Assembly: GCA_965202585.1 (NCBI GenBank)
Contig: OZ241826.1
Location: 69,130,001-69,194,000 of the forward strand
From: Thalia democratica
Lineage: Eukaryota
DNA: 64,000 nucleotides
Direction: 5' to 3'
Shown here: piece after piece, positions 1 to 11,145 of the stretch
How the letters are laid out: the number at the start of each line of letters is the position of its first letter
Numbering within the stretch: position 1 is the first letter of the stretch
Position numbers and translations under genes: made by a program
Notes under the pieces: model-generated
Databases searched by the model: none
What the model saw: only the letters and a program-made list of their open reading frames with translations
Told to the model about the DNA's origin: nothing

Positions 1-540
1 ACAACGGACACACTTTATGCATGAATGCAACAAAGTCTACGGTAACTAGGCATACTTGCCATAACCTCCCACACATTGGTAGCAGCTGAGTTCTTTCTTT
101 TTTTTGTGATCTCTACTAGCAAATATTTCAAACTTGCTTTGGTTGCAGTATAGATTGGTAGTCTTAGATTTGCTTAAGCTGTTTGTTTGTTTATAATTAA
201 TTTAACAAGACTAGAGAAATCATCACTTGCGGTAAAACTGCGGCTTATCAAAAACACAATTAAAAGCAGATATTGATAGCTAAGCGATCTTTCATAAATT
301 GACTGCTTTCGTTTTTGAGATGTTTATCAATTTTGTGATTTGATTCAATGATCTTTACTGTTGTCTATCTTCATCACGAAATCGATCATTAATTCATCAC
401 TATAAAGTATTTTTGCTACAAGGTTAGCGTCAAGTTCAAAAAGTTTATGGAGTCAGCGAATGTTGAGAAAAAGCGTTAAAGAAATCTGATCAACAGCTTG
501 AATGAACTGGAAAGCTTGAAAAGGCGAGAATGAAAATGAC
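1..540 (-). pseudogene. Decayed minus-strand ORF of the unit (part), unknown product
   Basis: GC-richer, coding-like stretch; manual translation gives interrupted frames (LHKLFELDANLVAKILYSDELMIDFVMKID; ANLRLPIYTATKASLKYLLVEIT). Same sequence in U3 and U4. Confidence 0.4.
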
Positions 541-1055
541 CAGTGTAACATTTTAATACCAGTTGTATTTCCTATGTACTTGTATATATTTCTTTATTTT
601 GTAACTTCTTTCTACGAAAGTGTGCTCGTTTCTAATGGAAACACTAATTTCTCCTATTCATTAGGTTACAGTATTCCTAAAGTTGTTTACATTATTTTCA
701 TGAAATTTAATACAAGTATTTTACTTGATACTGCCTAGATCAAGGAACGATAAATTTTAGTAATTAATAATTCTGAACAAAATTTAATTTCAACTTAAAA
801 TAACTTTTGGCGATTTATTAAAAAGCAACTATGCCGCGTAGTAAAAATTAAAGCTAAACTTTTTTAATTAAAGCTTATATTAGTTTTAACTTAACTATTG
901 TTAAATATAGTTTAAAAAACAATAATTAGTCTAACATTAAATTTTATGTATTATCGATTAACCATACCAATTTTGAAGAGTGTAATATGAAACATTAGAA
1001 GGTTTATTATTCTTAAAAAAAAAAACTTTGTAAATCTTTTATCTAAGGTTTAAAG

Positions 1056-2838
1056 CGGGGAACGGCTGACAATTGGTTCTTCCGGGCCAAATTTCAAGTT
1101 TCAAAATTTTCCGCGGGCCGCAGTTTTAGTTTTAGTCAGTTTTTATTTTTAATAGGGTTTAGTCACATTTAGCTACTTATAGGGGTGTGGCCAGGCTTAT
1201 TTAAAATGCATTTTTATTTTAGTGTCTAAAATTAATATTTAATATAATACTTATCTCCTAATATTATTTCTATCATCATTATAAATTCATTTAAATAAAA
1301 TAAATGTTTTGTTCTTTTCATTATCACCTAACTCTTAAACAATGAAATAAGCAATCTATCAGACGTTTTGTGTTTGAAAAAAACTTACACGATACACAAC
1401 AATAAAAGATCAACTACAAACACAGTGACGCAATAAAATAATTAATAAAATTTGATATCCTTTTCTAGTTCGGTTTCATAAAGTGTTGTTTTTTTTTCTC
1501 TTTCTTCCAGTCTTTTGAATTTTGTAGATGGCCATTTCACGTTGTCATTTACAAGCAACTCTCACTGACATCTGTAAAAACTATGCTCAAAAAACAGATG
1601 TGGATCACTTTATACACTTTTTATATAATCAAGTTCTATTTATTTAGATAACATTTTATTTTAAGTTTTTATATATCTTTATATGATCAACAAAAAACAT
1701 CGGCGAAAGTCAGCAGAGCAGAAGCCTTTCGGTATAAACTTGTGGTCTGATGATCGAATTTGCGTGATCAACTCTATTGTTAAACTTGAGCTTGTCTCAC
1801 GGCAAACGAAAGTCCAGGCTTCTGCTCTGCTGACTTTCGCCGATGTTTTTTGTTGAAGACTAATGAGTCCTAATAAGGACGAAACCGGTCTCAGTCTACC
1901 GAAACTTGTGGTCTGATGATCGAATTGGCTTGATCAACCCTATATCTTTATATGAAAGTAATCTTTATATATTCAATACATTGCACAGAACATATTTAAA
2001 GTTTTAGTTATTTTGTTAAGTTAACTAAAATATAAATAAAACTTATTTTATTTTAAACAGCGCAAGGGATTTATTTAGAACCTTTAAATACTTTAATAAT
2101 CTATTTAAAGTTTTCTTGGTTGCAACTTTTTGAAACAAAAAAGTTACAATCATTTACATCAAACCAGTCAGTGTTTTTAAAAGATAAAAAAAATTTAAGA
2201 AGCCAAGATTGAAAATTTTTGCCATTTAAACAAAACAATTTACAAACTAAAAAAATATTTTAATTTTAGTTAATAGTTTTTTATTTCTTTTAAATGTTTC
2301 TTTACAAATTTCAATATAGTTATAAAAAAATTATAAAAGAAACATTTTTATAATCACATGTCAAAGCAAAGACCTAAATTATAAAGAATTGACATGTTAG
2401 TCAAACATTGTAATGTTTGTACACATAAAAACCTTTACACTAAATAAAATTACTTATTGCATTGTCAACTTACTGAATCTAAGAAACTTTCCAATTCAAG
2501 TACGTAAGCTTTTGTATACAGTCCAAGATTTTGTTGTTTGAAAGGAAAAGCAAAATCTAAACTCTAAAGAAAAACTGCTAGAACTAGTATTTGTCTTTTT
2601 TCACATATTTAAGCTTAAACAGTAAAGATAATAAATGGTTTTTTAAATAATATCCAGAAACTTAAAACAAAACTAATAAAAACACTTTCTTTTTTATTTC
2701 AAAAAGTCAATTTAAGATATAGTTTTGTTTAGCGGGCAAAATTTACATGCTTGCAGGCCGCAGCTTTTTTTTTGCGGGCCACAAATTTACACTTCGAGGG
2801 CTGCAGTTGGCCCGCGGGCCGCAGTTTGCCGACCCCTG
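1056..2838 (-). mobile_element. Old non-autonomous hAT (Charlie-like) element embedded in U1
   Basis: Right end ...gggccgcagtttgccgacccctg is the reverse complement of the start of the 14356 element; left end cggggaacggc...gggccgcagttttagttttag aligns with the reverse complement of that element's other end. The TSD is degenerate (gtttaaag/gactaaaa). Confidence 0.7.
1687..1940 (+). mobile_element. 254-bp retrozyme / non-autonomous Penelope-like insertion, copy 1 (hammerhead core mutated)
   Basis: 15-bp TSD tatatctttatatga at 1672-1686 and 1941-1955; empty site in U3 at 30748-30762; core CTAATGA-GTCC-taataa-GGAC-GAAA-CCGG-TC at 1860-1890; direct repeat with 166-nt period (1736, 1902). Confidence 0.8.
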
Positions 2839-3126
2839 GACTAAAACTTCAACAATTTTGTTCAAATAGCAGCCAAGTACATTGTCAATGCATCCATCTA
2901 TTGCTGAGGAGAGTATCTGTTAAGCAAATGAAAATTATACTTTGTAAAGTTTTTATATCATAAACACATCATTAATATTTTATACATATCAAGCATAAAA
3001 GACAAATTTAAATTCAAATTATTTTAAACTCTTCATCCAAACTTATATATTTTTAAAACGTTGTAAAGAAGTTCAAATAGTTTCAACTAATCACTATTTG
3101 ATATTTATTTAAGTTACAACCAAACA

Positions 3127-3483
3127 TGTGCACGACTGAAAAAATTCGGACGATTCAAATACTTAAACAAAATTATATCAAAAATAATAAATATTTGAAA
3201 ATATAAAAAGCGTATGTAGATCTCATTAATATCTACAAGCCATTTTTTCCTTTCTACAAAACTTTCAATATTTTTTTGAAATGATTTCAACAAACTTTTA
3301 AATATAATTATTTTCAGTAGTTTTAAAAAAATTCAAATAAAAATTATAAATTTTACAAAAGTAAAAAATGACTAGTAGATATTGATAAGACCTACTACAT
3401 ATGTATTAACTTTTAAGATATATATTACTTTTGAAGATACAGTCTGTTAATTTTTTTTAAAGAATTCGGATTGTCATGGAACC
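3127..3483. mobile_element. Fold-back MITE-like element (also ~31870-32232 and ~39810-40172)
   Basis: Central imperfect inverted repeat gtagatctcattaatatctac / gtagatattgataagacctac; ends resemble the gggtgcacgacaattcaaa TIR of the 49122 and 49686 copies. Confidence 0.45.
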
Positions 3484-4938
3484 CAATCAAACAAGTTTAA
3501 ATAAAGAAGGCCCTTTTTTGTAAAAACAAACTTTTGTAATAGTTTAACGATTGTGGTATACCTTATATATATAAAAATATTGTGTTTATTAACCTTAAAC
3601 ACATAGGTAGATAGACAAAAAAACAAAAATAGACCATTAAAGCAGCAGGTGAGGCGACATTCGAACGAACAGTTTGAAGCAGAATTTTACAAAATGTTTC
3701 TGGCTCAACAAATGATACAATTAAACGAGCTGATTTTGTAGTGTGAAAATCATTTTACTGTATAAACTTCATAGAAAAACTTGCTTACAATGATAAATGA
3801 AAATTTTAAGGCTTAAATCAAAATATTTTTTTTTAGTTTCAAAGAGTAAAACAGATTATATCAGTATTTTGCTTGAGGCCATTGGGAATCTTTTTAGAAT
3901 TTTTTAAGTTCAAGTTTAAGAAAAATATATGTACCATTTTTTTAGTTAGAATTGTTTAGTATGGATTTAAAACTTACTTTGTATATATATTTTCTTTCTT
4001 TATATTTCTGTATTTTAATATTTTTTCAATGGTATATTGGAAGTTTTCAAGAAACCAAAAGCTAAAACTTTGGGTTAAAAACTTTTTTATAAAATTCCTG
4101 CAAGTAAAAAAGTAGTCAAAAGTAAACTAAGTTTGAAAAAGAAATTTGTAAAAGTTTGTAGAAGATTGTTACAAAAAACAAGGGGAAGATATACTTAAAG
4201 TAAATAGTCTTTTTTCGACCATTTTAGTTCGGGCTTTCTATAATAAACCTATCGAACTTGCTAACTTTTAATGCTTATGTCAAAAGTTTATTTAAATTTA
4301 GTTAAGTGGTAAAAAGTGTCCGATAACTGTGATAGAATTCTACAAAGTAAATCAACTTGTAAAAAATTAAGTCAATCTTCCTATGACCTTAATCATCAGA
4401 CAGCAAACTGCGGTCTACGGCATACCTAAAAGCTAAAAAAATAATTATTACAACAATTGTTATAAAAATTTTCGTAAAAACCTAACAATACAGTTCTTAA
4501 TCTAGTTATTATCCTTAAACATTTATTATTGCTTCTTTTATCATATTTTTGATAAAGAAGAACAGTTTTAAATTGATAAATACAACCGTTTTGAATTAAT
4601 TTGGGCCCATGAAAGACTTTTTTCTATACAGCGAGGCCTACAAACAACTATTTATAGAAAAACTGATCCGCGACTTATAAAAGGCTGCTGCCTCCTAATG
4701 ATATATAAAAAATCTGTAAGCTGCAAACCTAGGGCGCTTCTGATTGGTTAATGTTTTACTTATTAAAAAATCAATTAAATCCTTAAACTTGTAACTAAGC
4801 ATTTAAAGTATCTAGTGAGTTTCTTTATGACGTTTTGACCAAACTGATATTCAAAACATATTTTGAAACAAAAAACATAAAAACAAACTGTAACAAGTGT
4901 TTTTATACTTTGATTGCATTCCAATTACTAAAATCAAT

Positions 4939-6167
4939 ATGCCAAGTGGTCAAAAGACTTCGGATTTTCTTGATCAAATCATGAAACGAATGGACGAGAC
5001 AATTGGGTCGATCGGCGCATCTAAACAAGTTCCTAAAGTCGAAGAACTTCCTAAGGAGGGACCTGAAGATCGTGAAAAGCTTGTTCTAAGGTTCTATCGA
5101 TTCGAGGCGCCAATTGTCAACTGCACGAACAAAGAAGAGCTGCTGGAACATTTTGAGAAAAGGTGCGAGTGGAAGGTTATGCTCCCTTCAGCTTTTCAAA
5201 ACAATGAGCCCAAGGAAAACATCAAAAGTGAAAAAGTCAGGTCTGATGAGATAATGTTTACTCTGGACGAAGTTTTAAAGCCGTGGTCGAAGGCGAGCAT
5301 GGAGAAGATGCGAATGATGAAGGAAAGAGAGCAGGCAGAGGTGACGCGACTGTGCAGGCCGGATTAAGAATGCGACCCGGAAATCAAGACAACGCAGAGC
5401 AGGTTCCTTTCAGACGCGGAACTTTTCAAGCCGTGCGCGAGCACCACGCAAAAGAAACGGGTCTCAAAGTACTCAAAACTCGAGGAAGGAGGGAACAAGA
5501 AAGCTGTGCTAAAAGAAGATGTTTCTTCAAAAAATCCGATTGTTGCGAAGCGTAACATTTGCGGTTTCAACAGGAGCAAAAAGAGTCTTCGGGAGTTTGT
5601 CGCCAGCAAGAGTGGGTTTAAAAAGTTCAACACCAACAGAAGCAAAGCTTGCAACAATTTGAAAGCTCCTTCTAAAGTGAAAAGACAGCTGGCTTACAAA
5701 AACTCTCAGTTACAATACAGCAAACAAAGTTCCGAGCAAGAAGACCGGGAAAGGGCTTACAAAAAATGTCGTTTGTCATACAGCACAATCTGAACAAGCA
5801 GATGACGAAATATAAGAGCGATCAAAACCCATTCAAGCCTGATTTCACTTGCCGGACGAAAACGAGGCCAAGCTGTTTCAACCCACGAAAATGTGAATGG
5901 TTAGAAAAAAGAGCTGATAAAAAGCGTGCTATTGAAAATAAGTTCAATTCCCAGGCAAATGTGAAACAAACTTCTACAAAACCGATCGATGCAAAATACG
6001 AGAAGAGCTTGAAAAGGTTTATGGACAACACTAAAGCAAATTTGGTCAAATACCAGAAATCCTCGACAAAATTGATCGGTTATGTTCCTCTGACCAGTTC
6101 TCGCAGGCGAAAGTTTAAGTCTAAGATCTCGTTCAGAAATAACAAGTTATTTAAAGCACGTTGTTAA
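4939..6167 (+). pseudogene. Orphan gene copy U1, disrupted
   Basis: Near-identical to the intact U3/U4 ORFs, but TAC->TAA stop at 5365-5367 and a net 4-nt loss at cgtttgtcatacagcac (~5770-5786). Confidence 0.85.
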
Positions 6168-7263
6168 TTTTTAAGTTGTTATTAAAGTTAAAATAATTTT
6201 TACTTATTCAAAATTGAATTTCAATAAGAGCAAAGTAAAAGTATTTTAGTTAGATAAGTTGATTGTTTTATTTCAGTTTTTTTTTGTTAATCTACTTCAG
6301 ACATTCTACCTATTTTTTTTGTATAAAGTCATAAAAAACTTTATGCTAAATTATAAGCAGTTATTGCAAGTAGTTTTTGAGTTAATAAATTTGTACAAAA
6401 CATAAGTTATTGATTTAAAATTTTAGTGTCAGGTTTAAATAATTTACTTCATTGCTTTTTTTCACGTTTAATTTATTTCTAATTAACATTTTCAAATGTT
6501 AGTGTCAGATTTTAAAATTCCAGGTTTTTAAATAATATTTTTTAATGTTAGTGTCAGGTTTAAACACCAGGTTTTTTAAGTACTAATAATTTTTAATGTT
6601 ACTGTCAGGTTTAATATACTAGGTTTTTTTAAGGAAATACTTTTGAATATTAGTTTCAGGTTATTTTTTAAAATTCAGGAAAATCAGGTAAAGTCAGGTG
6701 GTGAGGTTTACAGCTTTGAAACACCATTAAGGTATTTTAAAGCTGTGAAAAGTGCACACTTAATAACAACTGAAGATAAAAAAGTATACATCAATTAACT
6801 TTAATAATTTTCAATTGTTATTATTTCCTTCACGTGGTCCTCGCTGTAAGTAGAGTGTTAGAAACATTAATTAAAAACATAAATAGTTAATGTTTTTGAA
6901 CTTGTTTTCAACACTTGAAACTAAAGTGCACAGTTATTTGTTTTACATTCTCAAGTACTAACTTTAAATTAAAATTACTTAAAATATGATTTAAATTAGA
7001 AAAAAGATACCAATTTTTAATACAATGAAGTTTTATCATTTTTAAATTTGGTCAACTGTAGCTAAGGTTATGAGTTTTGGCCATTAAGGGGTCAATTTTT
7101 TTCACAAAAAAAAAACGATGGTTATTAAACAAAATAATTTTAAAGCATATAGATTAAACAACTAATTTTAAAGAATAGATAATTAGTCGGTATAATCTGT
7201 AATAGGTGTCTTTTATTAAACGTACACTTTTTCATATTTAAATATTTGCAATGGTATGTAATG

Positions 7264-9516
7264 TATAAAAAACTGTCTTGAATATTTCGTTAAACTAAAT
7301 TTAATTTAGTTTAAACACATGCTTAATACTTTTCACAACTAACATGTATTTAACTTATTAAAGTTATTTCTATTTTGTTTTAAAACTTGTTCTTGATTTA
7401 AAACTTGCTAAAAATTATTGAAACCGTAATTGAATTTATTGGTTTATTTAAATTACTGTTGGTTCCTTAAGATAACTTTAACTATTTACTTAGGACTAAA
7501 TTAAAGTACTACTATTTTTTCTTTGACTATCTATAACCAATAAGCTAAAATAATTTAAAAAATGGTTCAATATTAGTGATCTACCGAATCTAAGATTCGG
7601 AATCGGATTCGGCCGAATCCTAATTTCAAAATAAGACTCGAGTTCGGATATTCGATCCGATATTCGGACTCGGTAGACCACTTTAAATTTTTTAAATTTT
7701 ATTCAATTGTTTGTCAAAAGTTAAATGAAATGTAAAACTAATAAATGATTTGACCCTTGAGTTTATAAAACAGTGCTTTTTCACACTTATAAAAGCCTTC
7801 TCAATTTTGATTTAGAATTTTGCACACAGTATAAAAACAATATTTTTAATAAATAATTAAATAATTTTCGTTAGACTCTCAAATAAAATTAAGTACATAG
7901 TTAAGGCGTTTAATCTCAGCTTTTCAGATAACCGCTCTTACTTATTCAGCATATGTTTAGTTTTTTATGTATGCTCGTGAACCTATTTCGGTTCAAATAA
8001 CAAATGCAATTTCTCTTAGGAGAATATAAAAAATAAATATACTTGTAGGTAATTTGTTTCATTTTAGTAAGCTTTTCCTCAGGACACCTTAGTTTAGTTA
8101 AGTTTTATCTGCATAGCTCATGGCTTACCAGGATTTTTTCTAAACATCTCCATTAAGGTTATCTTGAAAACTTATGACATATATTTTGTGGATAAACTCA
8201 TGGATTTTTTAGTAGAGAGATCTAGTTTACAAAGAACATGTAATTATTTTAAGTATATTTTGTTTGGTTGATATGGGTTTCAGTCTCCATTTAGATGTTA
8301 TAGATTATTTATTTAATTGTGTCATAAAAAAATTGTCACAATGATTGTAGGACTTATATATTTTATTTTACGTCTTTCATAGTTTAAAAAAAAGTTATCA
8401 TGATACTATGTCTATTTTGGAGAGCCCGTTAGTTTAAATAAAAAATCTCAGTTATAACAAGGTTGTTTTTTTTGAGATTTTTCATACAAAGGTCAATTAG
8501 TTATACCAAGAAAAAAAAAATTAAATATGTAACTTTAAAGCGGATGCTTGCATACTTTTAGCTATATACCTTTATGTTAACTTTTTTTAACATATTTAAT
8601 TGATAATTGTAATTAATGACTTATATGTTATATATTTTTTATTGAACAATAAAAATAAGCGCTCAAAAAGTTTGGTCTAAGGATTTGGTGTACAAAGAAA
8701 CCTTTTGGTTATCGAGTCGTACACCACACAACTTCAAACATTTTAATATTTTATTTTCAAAACAATGTACTAAAGATAAAAAAATGTTAATAATAGAATC
8801 TTAATTAATTTTTTAATAAACTTTTTTTTTTTTGAGTTTCAATTATTTTGAGTGAAAGATTGTTATGAAAACACAATCTTAAGTAATTGAAGTTATGTCA
8901 TTCTCTTTAGCAATAAGTGGAAACCTTTAATTGTTATTTATATTCAAATCATATATTTCTTTAAGCGCGCATTAGTTAAATGAAAATTTTGAGTGCAAAC
9001 ATCGTGTTTGGCATTGCCGTGAAATGGAGGATGATCACACTGGACAAAAAATTTGTAAACATTCAGGATATACTTAGTAATTGGATCATGTTCACATTTT
9101 TTGCGAGACAATGCAAGAAACATTACAAAGCACAAACAAAACAAAAAGCCTTGCTTCTTGTTCAAGATGCGGATACAAGGTGGAACTCAAAATATTGTAT
9201 GATAGAGAGACTAAAAAAGCTTTAATCAGGTGACCGGTACTATGTGGCTAATTATAAAAACGATCAATATTCGATTGTTACAGCTAAAGAATGGCAACTT
9301 TTTGATCACATTATTCTACTGCTCGAACCTTTTTTATAACACAGGAGTGTAGTAAAAACAATGCATTGCTCTTAAGCGCAATCCCGCATGCAAGATCACT
9401 AACGAAATTTGTTAACACTAATAAAAATTCAAAAGAAATATTAAATGTTTTTAAAAATTTAGCCAAAATATAGAAAGGCTTGCGAAAGAAGGTTCTACAC
9501 TAGGGACTGGCAACGT
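7264..9516 (+). repeat. Flank X, duplicated at 43905-46116
   Basis: Colinear with 43905-46116, including the 110-bp MITE and the hAT transposase remnant. Confidence 0.85.
7574..7683. mobile_element. 110-bp hAT-type MITE
   Basis: TIRs tagtgatctaccga / tcggtagaccact, internal gattcgg repeats; related in style to the tagtgatgtaccgga family; no clean TSD. Confidence 0.55.
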
Positions 9517-10450
9517 TTTTAATCGGATCGGACGCGGATAATGTTAGTCTTTGGCAGGCCGGAGCATTTCAAATTAGTGATTTACCAGATCCAGTATCCG
9601 GGTAATGCCTTTTTAAATCCAGATTCGGCTGGATCCTAACTTAAAAATAATATTCGGACGTTATTGGATACTAATTTTAAATCCAGATTCGGATACGGTC
9701 GGATTCTAACTTAAATAAAAGTTTCGGATTTGGCCAGAATCTAATTTTATAGAAACGGTTGATCACTTTTCTGATCCTACTAATTCCCAAAAAATGTTCA
9801 AACGTGGCAACATAAGATGTAGATTGAGACATATCAGATGTTTATGTAATATCTACAAATAGAATTGACATGGTAAATGACAAACATTGGTATGTAAAAT
9901 ATCAGATTAAAAAAAAACAATTTGCTTTTAGTAATTTGACAAAAATATATTCCAACTAAATTAAAACAGCACAAAATATTAGAACAAAATGTTTTTTATT
10001 AGTAGACATTATTTAAAAAAGCCATTTTCAAACATGTTTTATGTCAGAGTCTTACAGTTGTGCTTTGTAAAAATATGATACAAAGTTTTATTAAACCTTT
10101 GTAATATTGAACCTTGCGGGCCGGACACTTTTATCTCGGGCCAGATTCCATTGTAATTCAGAAAACGGTCGGGGCCGGTAATTTTAACTTCGTGGGCCTT
10201 ACATTGCCCATCCCTATTCTATATCAATAAGAACAATTTAAACATGAATGACGACAAATTACTACTAGTCACAACAGCTGTTGATCAACGATACTGACTT
10301 TTCCTTCTTACCTAAAAAATAATGTTAAAGAGCACCTGAAATTTAATGTAAAAAGAATATTTCTTTCGAGGCTGATCAAAAAGGTGATTCTTCTATATTG
10401 CCACCTGAGAAAATTAAAACCACAAGCCTCTGTAAATTGTGATCCGAAGA
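8979..10450 (+). pseudogene. hAT transposase remnant, split by the 9501-10216 insertion
   Basis: Translated motifs LLVQDADTRWNSKYCMIERL, EWQLFDHIILLLEPF and, after the insertion, LLLVTTAVDQRY resemble the hAT TRWNS and LDPR motifs; stops and frameshifts present. Confidence 0.75.
9501..10216. mobile_element. ~716-bp non-autonomous hAT element
   Basis: TIRs tagggactggcaa / ttgcccatcccta; degenerate 8-bp TSD ttctacac/ttctatat; the transposase remnant resumes after it. Confidence 0.65.
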
Positions 10451-10822
10451 AGTTTAAAACATACTATACTTAGTTTAAATTTATATTTGAGTTTCCAAAT
10501 TGAACTAAATAGTTCTCAATTATTTGAAAATAAGTAGACAAATATACGACATTATAGTTTATTTATTCACTTTAAGCTGATTGTGTATTTAAATCTAGTA
10601 CTTTTATGATTAATACCTAAGTTGAAGTTTTCAATTTATTTAGAAATTCTAGTACATACACTTTTCATTTTCACTTTTTTCATTTCACTTTAGACTCAAA
10701 GTTTCTAACTAACATAAGTTACAATTTCTAATTTACTTGTTTTTTTTTTGCATTATAGTATTTTTCATGTTTTGTTTAACTTTTATTTTTCAGATTTAAA
10801 TTCTAACTGAAATGCTTTAAAG

Positions 10823-11140
10823 TAGAGGTCGGCAAGCAGTTGGTGCTCGCAGGCTAAGTTTTAAGTTTCCAACATCTTTGCGGGCCGCAGTTGTTTTAGT
10901 TTTAGTGACATACATTTAAATAATCTTTCGGTTGTTTTAGTCACACTATAAAAAGTTTTACTTTTATTTAGTTTATTTTGTTAAATAACTTTTAGCTGCA
11001 CATAGAATGCAGATTTAAATTATATATATTTATTGGAATAAAATTTACATTGACTAATAAACTTATGTCTTAATAAACTATGCTCTATCTTAGAGACTAA
11101 ATAAGTTTAACTTAATATTCTTATTATATTACTTTTAACC
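10823..11140 (-). mobile_element. Solo end fragment of the Charlie-like family
   Basis: tagaggtcggcaagcagttggtgctcgc...gcgggccgcagttgttttagttttagtgacat aligns with the reverse complement of ~20900-20998. Confidence 0.6.
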
Positions 11141-11145
11141 TAACT

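Larger units (their letters stand above)
1..7263 (+). repeat. Tandem unit U1 (5' end lies outside the window)
   Basis: Position 1 (acaacggacacactttatgcatgaatgcaac) aligns to ~36694 in U4 and stays colinear to ...gcaatggtatgtaatg at 7263, the last base shared by all four units. Confidence 0.9.

Noticed and set aside
2751-2963. Small ORFs at 2751, 31520, 39432, 14264, 7496 and 44133
   Set aside because: They span transposon ends or MITEs and have no coding signature.
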